From Octopus sinensis (lineage: Eukaryota), in the NCBI RefSeq assembly GCF_006345805.1, contig NC_043002.1, positions 65,038,001-65,102,000 of the forward strand: DNA of 64,000 nt. Reading direction: 5' to 3'. Positions 1 to 14,196 of this stretch are shown here, piece after piece. The notes beneath the pieces were generated by a model. That model worked only from the letters and a program-made list of their open reading frames with translations, did no database searches and was not told the origin of the DNA. Numbering within the stretch: the first letter of the stretch is position 1; every line of letters starts with the position of its first letter. Both the position numbers and the translations under genes were made by a program.

Positions 1-392
1 TTAAAAATTATTTGTAATTTTCTTTAAAAACTACAGATTAACGCAGACCTTGTAGACAGAGGATTCCCCCCACCCTCACCCCTGTAAGCGCTTTTCGATG
101 TTTGCTGTTTTTAAAACATGTGTTATAATGTGATCCGTTGAGATATAAAATTCTGATTTACAGTTCTCGCATCATTGATCAGTTTCTTCCTTCAACTTAC
201 AAAAAACAAAAAAAAAAAACGGAATATCGATAATTTCTAATTCACACAATTGTCAACATTTGCGTAACTTGATATATTTCTCAGTTAGCCTTTTTTTTTT
301 TTTTTTTCGTTTAGGCAGCTTGACCCGATTAATTTTTTTGCTTGGATTTTTATTTCTTTAGCCGATATAATTCTACATTCATAGTATATATA

Positions 393-764
393 CAGGGCGA
401 TTTAAAAATCTCCATACATAAGAATTTTTTTTTTACAAGTAACAATTTTTAAGATTCTCTAGCTCCCATGATCTGGCCCCTCTTGATTTCTATCTTAGGG
501 GGCATTTGAAAGGCATGGTGTATCGCAGAAAGATAAAAAACACAAATCACTTGAAGGAACGCATCACCAGATCATTTCCACACGTATCACCAGGTGTGCT
601 ATTACGAGTTCACAATGAGTGGGGGTAAACGCATTGCATTGTGTATTCAAAACAATGGTAACCATATAGAGACTGTTAAATAAAAAAAATAAACATTTTC
701 TTATAAATTGTTTCTCATAAAAAGATAACTTGTTCCTATATATGGCGACTTTTGAATCACCCTG
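393..764 (+). mobile_element. Internally deleted Tc1/mariner element (MITE-like), retains only the transposase C-terminus
   Basis: 26-bp TIRs CAGGGCGATTTAAAAATCTCCATACA and (rc) CAGGGTGATTCAAAAGTCGCCATATA, 21/26 identical, TA on both sides; 461-680 translates SSHDLAPLDFYLRGHLKGMVY...RIALCIQNNGNHIE (SPDLxPLDF-type motif, one frameshift). Confidence 0.85.
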
Positions 765-2573
765 TATAAAGCCGAAAATGACAGTTTCTCTTTTCAAGTT
801 TATATTTTCCCCAATCTTGAATTCCTTTGCAATTTTGATTTTGTTTCTTTTTTTATTTGTTGAGTTTGTTTAAAACCTGCTGCATCAATTCACGGACCCC
901 ATGAAAATGGTGCTTCTTCCTGTATGTAATACTTTCACTTCAAATCTTACCGAGTTAATTTTCGATGTTAATCCTACTCATAAAATTAAAATTTACCTAT
1001 GAAATACTGGTTGATCTAATGCACTAACAACTTAATCATGGGAATTTTTTCTACAATGTTGAGTTAGAAACTTTTATGTCCAGAGTACAAGTTCACACTA
1101 TCTTTTATTTGCATTTCTCATTTTATTAAAGGAAAAGAATAAATGCAATTTTTACTTTTCTGAATTCGGCCAAGTCCATTTTTATGAAAAGGGAAATGAA
1201 CTAATTAGTTTAAATCGTAACTGTTCTGTTAGCTTGTATATCAGGCTACAGTGCTAAGTTATCCAATATTTTGAAATAAAGGAACTATTTCTATTAAGGA
1301 TCTGTCGTTTGTTTGATAAGTAACGGTAATAATAATGAAGCAGCTGTTACGTACAGCTATATTATGAAGTGTATCAGAAACTGCACATATTTCTGCTTTT
1401 TTCGCTTAAGTAGTAGGAAAATAGAAAACCTGAATGAATGCTATGCACCTACATCAAAATTTAAAAGCCAACCCTTTTCTCACAAACTTAGACATAATTC
1501 TATTAAACTTCCACTCGACAATTTTCTTAGATATTTCGAAAATTCTTGCTATAGCGCTAGCCTAACATTTATATATATACATATATATATACAGTTTTGA
1601 CGAAACTAATTCTGTGTAGCAACAACATGTTGATCAACACAAGAGAAATAAAATGAAAAGAAATCAAACAGCCATTATAAATGATAGATTCAGCGTTGAA
1701 TTATCTTCAAGTTTCTCGTGATTTATGCGAATAAGAGAAAATAAAACAGTTTCCGGTATTCCAGAACCAAGAGAAGAAAACGAACATAAAAGAGAGTGAG
1801 ACAAAGAAAGGAAATTTCCACGTGTACACGTCCATACATATACGTAGATAATGGTTAGACATAAAAAAAAATAGCATGCACGCACGCGCACACACACACA
1901 CACACACACCAACACATAGATTAAAGTGTATGCATATATCTGTGTGGGTATGTGCGTGTGTGTGCATGTATATATGTACATACATTTATATACATATATA
2001 TACACATACATATATATATGTATGTATATATATATATATATATATATAAGTATATACATATATATATATGTGTGTGTGTTTACGTATGTGTACGTATGCA
2101 TGTATGTATGTATGTCTGCATATGTGTGGGTGTATGCATGTGCGTGTGTGTGTGTGTCTTGTGCAGTATTGTATTTGGGTGCAAGCGACTATGTATATTA
2201 GCAACACAGGAGTAAACCAAGAGAATAGAAATCTAAATAAATACACACACGCACACCCAGGCACTCACAGACAACACACGCACACAACCACACGCTACCA
2301 CACACGCCAGCGCGCCCGCACACACACACACACACAAACACACACACAGATATGCACGCACAAACGTCGAAATTGCCATTCAATTGGTTTCAATTGCTTT
2401 GCGTAGGTATTTTAACATGGTTTGACTTTAGTGCCTATGTTTCTCGCTAGAGAAAAAGACAACGTATTGATACATACACACAATCATCCAAACATACACA
2501 TGCACAAGCATACTTATATATATATATTATATATGTACACACACAGACATGTTTCTGTGTTCATGTATTTATG

Positions 2574-2647
<74 letters not shown>

Positions 2648-2915
2648 TATGCATTTAAATACATGTATATGCTTGTAGACTTGTGTATGTGTACACATAC
2701 CTGTTTTATTTCTTGACTTATAGTTTTTGTTCTGCTTCTTTGAAGGGGTGGGGTATTATCCATAGACACCAGTTTCCAGAATGAATTCTATTTAGAATTG
2801 CAAATATCCAAAGTTAAATATCAAAAGAGAATGAGTACATACACACACACGCATACAAACGTGCATACTTACATACCTACATTCATACATATATACTTAC
2901 TTACACATATACATG

Positions 2916-2969
<54 letters not shown>

Positions 2970-3019
2970 AGGTAGAATACTTGTACCTAAGGTACGTATA
3001 TATATATATGTATACATAC

Positions 3020-3061
<42 letters not shown>

Positions 3062-3471
3062 ATTCTGAAATTTCCCTAGACGCAGCAAAGATAACAAGTT
3101 TAGCAACAACAACAACAGCAATAGCAACAACAACAATTGGTTTCATTCTTCAGTTTACACTTGAAAAATTTTCCCGTCTATACACTTTTTTCTTCTATGA
3201 GCTATTCCGTGGAATATATGAATGCGTACACATGTACACATCCGTCTTGTGCGTTCACATTCCTGTCTTCTACCAAGAAATCTAATGCTTACAGCTTAGT
3301 TTTTTTTCTTGGGGCTGGCCGAGTTGGAGCAAATATCAGAATTGAACAGCCGAAATTTGGTATGATGATTCGGTGTCTGACTGAACATTGAAGGCTTCGA
3401 ATGATTTGTCTGTGTTCCGTGTTCGTCCCTTCCTGTATTTCACGTTCATTATATATAAAAACATTCATTCT

Positions 3472-3502
<31 letters not shown>

Positions 3503-4975
3503 TACAAGTATGTTTGTCATGCTTGCTCTATGTGAGTGAATGTTTGTATACGTTTGATTTATTATATATATGCACTATTGAAACAGTGTGCGTATTTTGT
3601 GCTATAAATTGCTTATTCCTGTGTATATTTAAAATCTCCTCGGTTGAGTTAATGTAAATATATGTGCCTTTGTATAATACCATGTCTGAAATGATGCATT
3701 TATTGCGCCGCTGTGTATATGTTGTAAAGGCTCAACTAATAATTGTAACGTGGGTAGTTTGTTTACATGTTTACAAATGTGGTTGTTACAGTTTGTATGT
3801 TCATGTGAATTTGTGTGTGTGTGTGTGTGAGTGAGTGTTCGTGTTTATGTGTTTGTGTTTATGAGCATATATCGGTCTGAGAACATAGTTTTATGTAAAA
3901 CGACAAAGGAAAATAAGAATGTGCATCAATATTTGGATGTTGTGTTTGTTGTAAACAGCTTCGTGTGTACGTGTGTATGGCTATATGAAAAACTAGCTAA
4001 AATCCCATATGTATTAATATCAATATGAGACACTTGTCTCTTGTGCGTATGTGCATGTGTGCATGTGTGTACGTATGTCTGTGTGTGGTTCTAAGTGTAT
4101 ATCTTTGTTAGAAATTATTCTTTTGTATGTATGCATATATATGCATATATAAAAAGAATAAGTGTAAATCTCCATTTAAGGTTACATCACTGTATTATAT
4201 TTCCTTTTATGTTCTTGTCCGCAAGTACGCTTGTCTTTCATGCCACTGTACTACGCGCATGTTTTTATCATTTTCAAGCGAATTATATATGCGAATATGT
4301 TGGTTTATATATACGTTAAGATAAAGATAACTGTCATACATACATATATAAAGATATGTATATATACATAGATACACTCACACATATACACACATACACA
4401 TAAATATATAAATAAATGTACATATATAAATATATATATATATACATATATAAAGATATGTTTGTAAGTATATACATATATATATATATGTGTGTGTATG
4501 TATGTATGTATGTGTGTATTTAAGTATGTATGTATATGTATGTAAGTATGTTCATTTATGTGTATGTATATATATATATGCGCATGTATGCGTGTGTGCT
4601 TCTGTTCGTATTTTTACGTATACCAACGACGTCTTGTTTTGTGTGTGTATGTGTGCTGGTGTGCGTGAATGTATGTGTGTGTGCGAATGTGTGTGTGTGC
4701 GTATGTGTGTGTGCGAATGTGTGTGTGTTTGTGTGCGGATGTGTGAGTTTGTGTGTGTAAGTATTTTATGTGAAGTTCTAAATCAATATAATGTTTATGA
4801 AATAAAGCTCAGCTGTTACTTCGTTAACTTCCATAAGATATTTATATTGTTTTCTCAAATACTTCCTGTTAAGTGTATTTTTATCCCTCTCATTCCCCCG
4901 CTCTCTATCTCTCTCTCCTTCTCTGTCTTTCTCACTCTCCTTCTCTCTCTCTATCTTTCTATCTGTCTATCTATG

Positions 4976-5042
<67 letters not shown>

Positions 5043-5449
5043 TTATCTATCTATCACTCTCTGCTTATTATTTTATTATCATACTCCCTTATGGTCCCTG
5101 TCTATGTATGTTTGCATGTACGTATATATATTGAGTAATATATATATATATATATACCTACATACATACATACATATACACATATATACATATATATAAA
5201 GTGTGCAATGGGTAACCTGTGGCCATTTATACTTTTAATTTCACGCATGCGCATTGTTGGTTTCTGATTTTGTCGACTACACAGTATAGTAGGGTGAGTT
5301 GGGCAGTCTGTGAGAAAAACTGCACCATGATGCAATTCACTCGGCCAGAAATTAGGAAAGGACATTCTGTATTGCTTGGCATTCGCGCCGGAAGCTCCAA
5401 TACCAAAATTTCAGAATGTGGGCGTCAATCAGAGAACAGAGCAATCTTA

Positions 5450-5600
5450 GGTCTGATCAATAAGTATCCGGACTTTTGCCACAGTAACGAAGCCTAAACA
5501 CACATATTCAAGCCGCTTGGCAAAAATTGACCTCGAATTCTGCTCTGCATGCGAACTAAGTTTAACGTTCTAGCTCACCTTCGCTGTTTACAGCAATGCT
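5450..5600 (+). mobile_element. Probable mariner 5' terminal fragment
   Basis: TA followed by GGTCTGATCAATAAGTATCCGGAC resembles mariner TIRs; no partner TIR found. Confidence 0.4.
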
Positions 5601-5607
5601 TGGAAGG

Positions 5608-5655
5608 AAGGTGAGTGAATTTGGTAGACGGAAATTGAAAGAAGCCCGTTGTATG

Positions 5656-5689
<34 letters not shown>

Positions 5690-6205
5690 CTGTGATTTTT
5701 GTGAATTGGGATGGATGTCAAGAAAACACTATTGAAGTGCTACATCTGGTCGGTTCTAACGTATGGGGGTGAGTGTAGACGATAAGCAAAGTTATGGAGA
5801 AGATACTCAAAGTTGCAGAAATGTGGTTTTATACAAAAATGCTTAGAATCTCGTGGGTACAGAGGGTGATGAATGTGAAAGTGTTGAGTAAGATGGAAGA
5901 GAGAGAGAGAGAGACAGTGGAGATTTGTTGGTGATTTTCTGAGATAGGATGACAAAATGGAGCATTAAATGGTGGAGACTGAACTGGTGGGAAGGAGAGC
6001 GAGAGAAAGGCAGAGAAGGAAGATGTTCGACTGGATGTAGAAGAGAATGAATGTGCAGAACAAGAAAGATCTGGGACGTATTGGGAGATAGGGAAACAAG
6101 CCATGATTCGTCAAAGGTATGAATATGCCAGGCCACAATACACACACACACACACATACACACACAGGAACACATACATATAGATAGATAGACAGACAGG
6201 CAGAC

Positions 6206-6270
<65 letters not shown>

Positions 6271-6510
6271 TAGATATAGATATGTGCGTGTATGTGTGTG
6301 GTGTATGTGTGCGTCTGTGTTTGTCCCGTCACCACCATTGCTTGACAGCCGATGTTGGTGTCTTTACGTCCACTTATCGTAGCGGTTCAGCAAAGGACAC
6401 CGATAAATATGTACAAGCCTCACAGAGAATAAGCCCTGGGGTCGATTTGTCCGACTAAAGGCGGCGCTCCAGTATCGCCGCAGTCAAATAACTGAAACAA
6501 GTAAAAGGAT
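5608..6510 (+). mobile_element. tRNA-derived SINE (main family) split by an RTE fragment
   Basis: Left part GTGAGTGAATTTGGTAGACGGAAATTGAAAGAAGCCCG+(TA)n at about 5612-5690; right part TGTGTTTGTCCC...CAGTCAAATAACTGAAACAAGTAAAAG at about 6305-6510; both match full copies such as 13965-14425. Confidence 0.8.
5705..6140 (+). mobile_element. RTE-clade LINE, 5'-truncated degenerate 3' end
   Basis: IGMDVKKTLLKCYIWSVLTYGGE / TISKVMEKILKVAEMWFYTKMLRISWVQRVMNVKVL (RTE C-terminal region, frameshifted), followed by an (AC)n tract. Confidence 0.8.
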
Positions 6511-6537
6511 GACAAATCAAAAGAATCGAAAATATGT

Positions 6538-6582
<45 letters not shown>

Positions 6583-6661
6583 ATATATATTATATATATG
6601 CATGTATGTATATGTATGTGTTTTCTTATAATACACATGCATACATACATTCGTACACTCA

Positions 6662-6694
<33 letters not shown>

Positions 6695-7800
6695 ATTATG
6701 TATGTATGTATAAGTATATGTATGTCTATGGCCTATCGATAGGGCGTATACATGTGCGTAGATAAGTATATGTATGCATTTATCCCTAGACAGATATAAA
6801 TATATCAGCTCATACGTCACAGAAACGCTCATAGATTTTTATTAAATCATATTTTCATACAAACACAAACGTATATATGCCTTGATACATATAAATCACA
6901 CAATTCCAGTTATTATATTAGGCACTGTCGGCTACACATCTACTGTTACCACAAAACATACAATTAGCAGCTATGTTCCTGATACAAATGATATGAGCTA
7001 ACCACAGTGCAAGTGACAATGTCATTAATACGCTGTAATTAATTGTCTAAAGGATAGCAAAAATATTACACTATAGGACTGGTCACTCTGGCGCTGTCTA
7101 AAAGTATAAGCTGAATAAGAAGAGCAGAGGACAATTCTTACGAAATCTTGAAAAGTATTTTATTAACCTTCTAAATTCTTTAGCAGAAATTAATAAAATT
7201 TATATTATATACAGCCTCCGATATTTAATTAAAAATTCTAGTGTCATCTTCTTTAACAACCCAAAATAAACCGTTAAAATTACATTTAATCAAAAGTAAT
7301 AATGAGTATGTCTACCTGCTGGAAATAACAGTCAAAACTCTTATTTGAATCGCCAAAGTACAATGATAATAACTACTGAACTCAACAGTCCGAAGGCAAA
7401 AGACCCAAGACAACCTCCCAGCATAATTCAAGTATTTGGACTCAGGTGGACTGGTTTCTAGACAGGCATAACAGCTTATAAGGTGTTATTCAGAAATACA
7501 GCTTATAAGCTCACTGCGTCTGGTAGCAAAAACTGCTGTAAGCTAATGATGTACAGAAGACAATCGTTTATATTTTGTCATTTAATTTTCTTAGATACAT
7601 GTATATGTGTGTCTGTGTGTGTTATTATCATTTTAAAATTATTCCACTAGATGATAACAGTGTCAATAATACCTTCGCAAATTATTTTTTCGTGAATTTG
7701 TCTCATGAATTATTAGCTCCGTATTGAATTATATAAATATATATGTTACTTAGGTTAAAGGCACCAGAATTTAGTATATATTATATATATATATATATAT

Positions 7801-8752
7801 GTTTCTTTATTAGCCACAAAGAGCTGCAGACAGACGGGACAGATTACAAAGTAGAGCTTTTCTTTATGGGGAGAAAAGAAAAGAAAAAAATTGGGGTAGG
7901 CTTTCGATGAAAAGCGATCGTAAAAGGAAAAGAAAAAAAACATCAATAGGGATCGTGTATTACAGTAATGTCATGATGTAAAGTATAAAGGGGGAAGCAG
8001 ATAGGGTTTATCCGTGGAAGAAAAGCCCACGGAAAAGACCACGGTAATCTCGGTCAATAATATTACATGTTAACTCATTTGTTTGCAAGTAGGTAAAACG
8101 CTGTTTTAAATTTTTCCGGGTTCATAGGATTATGCTCAAGGTGGGTTTGTCATTCATACGTGCTATCCTTGCTACATTCACCCATCTTTTTTTGAAACAT
8201 TCGCTAGACAAAACTTGCCTCTCTACTCTCACTTTCCTTTTCAAGTGATACTTGAAGAAGTTGATGAAAGTGTTTGTCTCCAACCCTTTCAGATGCGTCC
8301 AACGGATACATTCTTTCGCCATAGCCACAAGAATAATGAAAATAGCTCTTCCTTCCAGTTTGAAGGAAGGAGGCGTGACAATATTGACGATAGACTCGGC
8401 TGATAAACCGACTCGACCCACACTTGACAGCAGTTTTCGACATAAGCCCACAGGTCGGAAATTGTTGGACACTGCACGAGTGCGTGCAGAGCGGTTTCGT
8501 CGCTCTGACCGCATCTCGGGCAGGTCGGTCCCGTATTTCTCGAGCAGTGTCTGTAGAGCTTATCCCGAACGAGTAGCGCTTCTCGGTAGCACTGCCAGGC
8601 CAGGGATCTCTGAAAGCTGTCCATGGGCCCTAGCCCGAAAGTCGTCCTGAACAGGCGGGTCAGGTACTCCTCGTCGACGTCCAGGTTCGCCCCGCGCTCG
8701 TCGTTGTACTTCCCCTCCACTAATCCCCTATATAGTGCTTTGGTTGTGTTGA
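7801..8752 (-). mobile_element. Tx1-like LINE, GATA-associated family, copy 1 (5'-truncated)
   Basis: ORF2 C-terminus WQCYREALLVRDKL...CPRCGQSDETALHALVQC (zinc-finger-like) to ...CFKKRWVNVARIARMNDKPTLSIIL*; 3' UTR ends GCTAATAAAGAAAC; flanked by (TA)n and (TA)n/(GATA)n. Confidence 0.85.
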
Positions 8753-9071
8753 TATATATATATATATAGATATAGATATAGATAGATACATAGATAGATA
8801 GATAGATAGATACACACTCCATGTTTGAGGCTCTTATGAAGCTATTACGTGTTATGCAGGCACACAGCTTATGGGTTCACTGCATCTGATAGTAGAAACA
8901 GCAGTAAGCTCATGGAGTACATAAGATAATGGTTTATATTTTGTGACTTCATTTTCTTATATATACATGTCTCTGTATATGTGTGTGTGTGCGCGCGTGC
9001 GGCTGTTTGCGTGTGCATATCTTCATATATATATATATATATATATAAATATGTGTGTTGTATACATATAA

Positions 9072-9109
<38 letters not shown>

Positions 9110-9139
9110 TATATGTACACACACTCATATATATATATG

Positions 9140-9188
<49 letters not shown>

Positions 9189-9283
9189 ATATATATACAC
9201 ATATATCTGTGTGTATGTATATTTATATATATTTATATCTATCTGTAGATAGACAATAAATATATATATATATTATATATATA

Positions 9284-9319
<36 letters not shown>

Positions 9320-10599
9320 TATATATAATATATTATATATTATATATATATATATTATATTACATATATACGTATATATGTATATGTATTATATACATAC
9401 GAATAGACATGATATATGTATGTGCATGCGTGTCTATACGGATGGTATATGTTTGCATGTGCCCAAGTTCATGTGTATGTATATATTTAGTGTATTTCTA
9501 TGCCTCTGAAACACACAAACAGAATTATTACATATACACAAGGACATGTGGAAAACAAAGCAGAAATGCATAGAGGAAGATACAATAAGGAAGCCTGTGC
9601 AAATAGATGGTTAATCGATGTGTATGTTCAGTGTGGTTATGTGTGTCTAAGTTGCTCGCTGTATATAATTGTCTCCCTATTCATTCAACTGTACTTAACA
9701 TGCATCATTGGGTACGCACTAGCTGACATATTCGGAAAAATATGACTTGTCTAATTCTAAGTCAGAAATCAATCGCTCTGACAAAATATATTGATAGCAG
9801 TATGAATGATTATTATTTGCTTATACCGTAATGATATGCTTTGTGTTTTTATGCTTTTTGTTAGGGTTTTCTCCTGTCTTTTTTTATTTGTTTTCCACTG
9901 TTTTGATGACGTTGTGGTATGTATTGTCTTAGTTCATCATTTAGTTTTTTTCCTTTGCTTATTTTTATCGTTACTTTGTATTTTTTTGTTTTGCTTTTGC
10001 AATTCTTTGTTCCCCCGTTATTCTTTACTTTCATTCATTGATTCATTCATAAGTTCATTCATCTATTCATTAATTTTTTCATTCGTTTTAGCTCTCTCTC
10101 TCTCTCTCTTCTAATGGTGTATTCATTCGACCATTCAATTATTTATTCATCAATCCAACCAGTCATTCATTTTCATCTCTTTTTTTCTGAATTTATTGTC
10201 TTTTTCTCAAGTTTTTATTCATTGTGTGCATTTTTTCAATGACTGTTTTTGTTACATACTTTTTCTGTTATATTTTATCAAAGGGAGATTACATATGTGT
10301 GTGTGTGTGTGTGTGTGCGTGGTGTTGTGAATGTATGTATCTAGGATCGTATATATATATATATATATATATATATGATATATAATATATATATATATAT
10401 ATGTTATAGCTGTGGGTATGTGGTATACATATATACATATATATATAGATACACACCATATATTATATATACAAATGTATCTATGTATATACATATGTAG
10501 TTATATTTATATATATACATATATATATATTTATACTGATATATAATATATATATATATGAATGTATGTATGTTGTGTTTGTTTCGGTAGTGTATTTGA

Positions 10600-10640
10600 G
10601 TGTATATAAGTGTAGATATGCATATATCTATATCTATCTA

Positions 10641-10676
<36 letters not shown>

Positions 10677-11007
10677 TAATGTATATACACATATAGACAT
10701 GAATATATTATATATTATATATATATACAAACACACATGTATATGTATACATGTATATACATTTATATATATACATACATATTACATATGCATATATACT
10801 TATATATGCATATATATATGTATATATAAATATATATGTATATATATACATATATATGCATATATATATATACATATATATATACATATATATATAACAA
10901 TATATATACATATATATATGTATATATACATATATGTATATATATATACATATATATCATATATATATATATATATAAATATATATATAACATATATATA
11001 TACATAC

Positions 11008-11046
<39 letters not shown>

Positions 11047-11265
11047 GATACATATATATATTATATATACATATATATATATATATGCATATATATGTAT
11101 ATATATATACATATATGTATATATACATATATGTATATATATACATATATATGCATATACATATATTATGTATATATATGCATATATATATATATATATA
11201 TATAATATATATATAATATTCATATATGTATATATATACATATATATGCATATATATATACCAGA

Positions 11266-11301
<36 letters not shown>

Positions 11302-11391
11302 GCATATATATGTATATATATATTATACATATATGTATATATACATATGTATATATATACATATATATGCATATACATATATTTATGTATA

Positions 11392-11434
<43 letters not shown>

Positions 11435-11465
11435 GTATGTATTTATGTACGTATATATACATATA
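10600..11465. repeat. Long degenerate (TA)n/(TACA)/(TATG) microsatellite field
   Basis: About 870 bp almost entirely TA with interspersed C/G. Confidence 0.95.
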
Positions 11466-11878
11466 GTCTTACACATATATTCCATTATGCATATGTGCTT
11501 TTATTATTTTCTGTTGGTTATTTTATTATTTTTGGGGGGTTTTACAGTGTTTTTGTTTTCCATCATTTCTTATTGCTAATTGTTTTGTCACTTTCACTCC
11601 TCAATTGTTTTGTCCTATTTTGATGACTAGCAGTGTGTTTTGTGATTTTATATGTTGTTGTTTTTGTCTTCTATCAGTTCATCATTTACTACTCTTCCTT
11701 TCCTTTTTTATCTTCCTTTTTTTTCTTTCTTCTTTTTATTTATGCATATTTTTTTTATGCTTAATTCTTCGTTTCCTTCCATTTTTACGTCATTCAAAGA
11801 TTTTACTGGTTGCAAAACAAAATCCTGTTCAACATCGTTTTGGTACTATCTGATTAATATTATTATATTTTAATGAGA

Positions 11879-11933
<55 letters not shown>

Positions 11934-12292
11934 TATTACTATTACTATTATTATTATTATTATCATCATCATCATCTTCATCATCATCATCTTCATCATC
12001 ATCGTCGTCATAATTGTCGTCTTTATTATTTAAATGGTAATAAAGGCAGCAATAGCTCGCATAATAGTTTCTCGAATGTACAAACAGCCATGACTTTTTT
12101 GAATAAGTGTTTACTTGATGAAGACGAGCCCTAATGTTTACCTGGTGCATATTCCGTCCATCATGGAATAGTGAATAACAATGTGGATTCAATGTGGATT
12201 TGAACTCAAAATGAAATACCGCTGAGAATTGTCCTCCCATTATTTTTCATATTCTACCATACTGTGCTTAAATAAATATATAATAACTGAAT

Positions 12293-12445
12293 ATGAGTGG
12301 CTGTGTGGTAAGAAGCTTGCTTCTTAATCACATGGATCCGGGTTCAGTTCCACTGTATGGCGTCTTGGGCAAGTATCTTCTACAGTATCCCGGGGCCGAC
12401 AAAAGCATTTTGAGTGGATTTGGTAGATGGAAGCCCGTAGTATAT
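12293..12445 (+). mobile_element. Main-family SINE, 5' half
   Basis: GAGTGGCTGTGTGGTAAGAAGCTTGC...GGGTTCAGTTCC (A/B-box-like head) to GATTTGGTAGATGGAAGCCCG. Confidence 0.8.
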
Positions 12446-12597
12446 TTCGTTTACCGTTTTCCTTTCTCTTGGAGAGCGTAGGCTCGAAATGCAAAAGACT
12501 TTCTCACCTTTCGGAGCGTTAAATTAATACACTTGTTTGTTAGTTACACACCTGCCTTCGTCTTTTTTTTTTTTGTAAATTCCAACTATATACTCTT
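12446..12597 (+). mobile_element. Penelope-type terminal-repeat fragment with decayed hammerhead
   Basis: GAGAGCGTAGGCTCGAAATGCAAAAGACTTTCTCAC... aligns with 37321-37440. Confidence 0.6.
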
Positions 12598-13110
12598 CTA
12601 CTCTCTTTTACTCGTTTACTTGTTTCAGTCATTTGAATGCGGTCATGCTGGAGCACCGCCTTTTAGTCGAGCAAATCGACCCCGGGACTTATTCTTTGTA
12701 AGCCCAGTACTTATTCTATCGGTCTCTTTTGCCGAACCGCTAAGTACTCTTTTACTTGTTTTATTCATTTGACTGCGACCATGCAGTTGACCAAATCGAG
12801 CACAGGACTTATTCTTTGTAAGCCTAGTACTTATTTTATCGGACTCTTTTCCCGAACCGCAAAGTTACCTTGACGTAAACACACCAGCACCGACTGTTAA
12901 GCAGTGTTGGGGGACAAACACAGACACACAAACATATACACACACATACATATAAATATATATAATATATATATATATATACGACGGGCTTCTTTCAATT
13001 TCCGTCTACCAAATCCACTCGGCCCGAGGCTATAGTAGAAGACATTTGCCTAAGGTGCCACGCAGTGGGACTAAACCCAGAACCATGCGATTCGTTAGCA
13101 AGCTACATAC
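12598..13110 (-). mobile_element. Main-family SINE with a duplicated 3' segment
   Basis: Reverse complement of the SINE 3' part occurs twice (about 12598-12745 and 12750-12900), then microsatellite and head to about 13110. Confidence 0.8.
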
Positions 13111-13204
13111 CTACGCCTATATATACACATATAAATATATATATTATATATATAATATATATATTAATATATATATATATATTATATATATATATATATA
13201 TATA

Positions 13205-13410
13205 TTGTGTGCGTATGCGTGTCCCCACCCCCCATAATTGACGACCGAAGTTGGTGTGTTTGCGCCCCCTTATCTCAGCGGTTCAGCTAAAGAGTCCGAT
13301 ATAATACAAACAATAAGTCCTGGGGATCGATTAGTTCGACTAAAGGACTAAATGACTCCTACATGGCCACACTCAAACGACTGAAACTAGTAAAGAAATA
13401 AGAGAATAAA
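13205..13410 (+). mobile_element. Main-family SINE, 3' half
   Basis: GTCCCCACC...GACGACCGAAGTTGGTGTGTTT...GTCCTGGGGATCGATT...GACTGAAACTAGTAAAG. Confidence 0.7.
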
Positions 13411-13526
13411 AGAATACAATAATCATGTGTCTTCTACTATAAAACTGTTGTGAGTGAATTTAGAAATCAGGACACTGTATTTGTGTATGAAATCCATATG
13501 CGTATTCATATATGTATATATATTAT

Positions 13527-13922
13527 CTTCTTCGTTTATTTGTTTGTGTCATTAGACTGCGGTCATGTTGGAGCAACGCCTTAAACAGTTTTTCTCGAAT
13601 GAATTGACCCGAGTACTCAATTTTTAAGCCTCGCATATATTTTATTGTTTTCTTGTGCCGAACCACGAAGTTCAGGGGACGAAATTACACTAACACCGGT
13701 TGGGGCAACTGCAGATACAAATATACAGACACACACACACGCGCGCGCGGGCACACACACACACACAACACACACACACACACACACACATACAATGGGT
13801 TTATTTCAGTTTCTTTCAATCAAATCCGATTACAACTGCTTGGTTGGCCGAAGGCTATAAAAGGAGACATTCGCCAATGGTGCAACGTAGTGATGTAATT
13901 ATGTCGTTGGTTAGTAAACCCA
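13527..13922 (-). mobile_element. Main-family SINE, diverged
   Basis: Reverse complement of SINE 3' part, (CA)n centre and partial head. Confidence 0.7.
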
Positions 13923-13964
13923 CCAGGGAGTAACATGTGCTTATGTATACATATACTGTGAGTA

Positions 13965-14151
13965 CAGGAGTGGCTCTGTGGTAAGTAGCTTCTTTACCAA
14001 TCACATGGTTCTGGATTCAGTCCCTCAGCGTGGCACCTTGGGCAACTATCTTCTACTATAGCTTCGGTCCAACCAAAGCCTTGTGAATGGATTGAATTTA
14101 GTAGACGGAAACTGAAATACCGTCGTATATATGTTATATATATATATATAT

Positions 14152-14196
<45 letters not shown>

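Noticed and set aside
3135-3160. Minus-strand CTGAAGA AT GAAA as a hammerhead
   Set aside because: Only 2 nt between the core halves, so no stem II, and no stem I pairing
3137-3420. 84-aa non-repetitive ORF as a possible host exon
   Set aside because: No recognisable domain and no convincing splice-site pair; cannot be supported without expression data
8860-8910. GAAACAGCAGTAAGC resembling a hammerhead 3' half
   Set aside because: Upstream CTGATAG does not fit CUGANGA and no stem II or stem I can be drawn
11863-12240. ORF with poly-D/N/I
   Set aside because: Arises from (ATT)n/(ATC)n repeats; no recognisable domain
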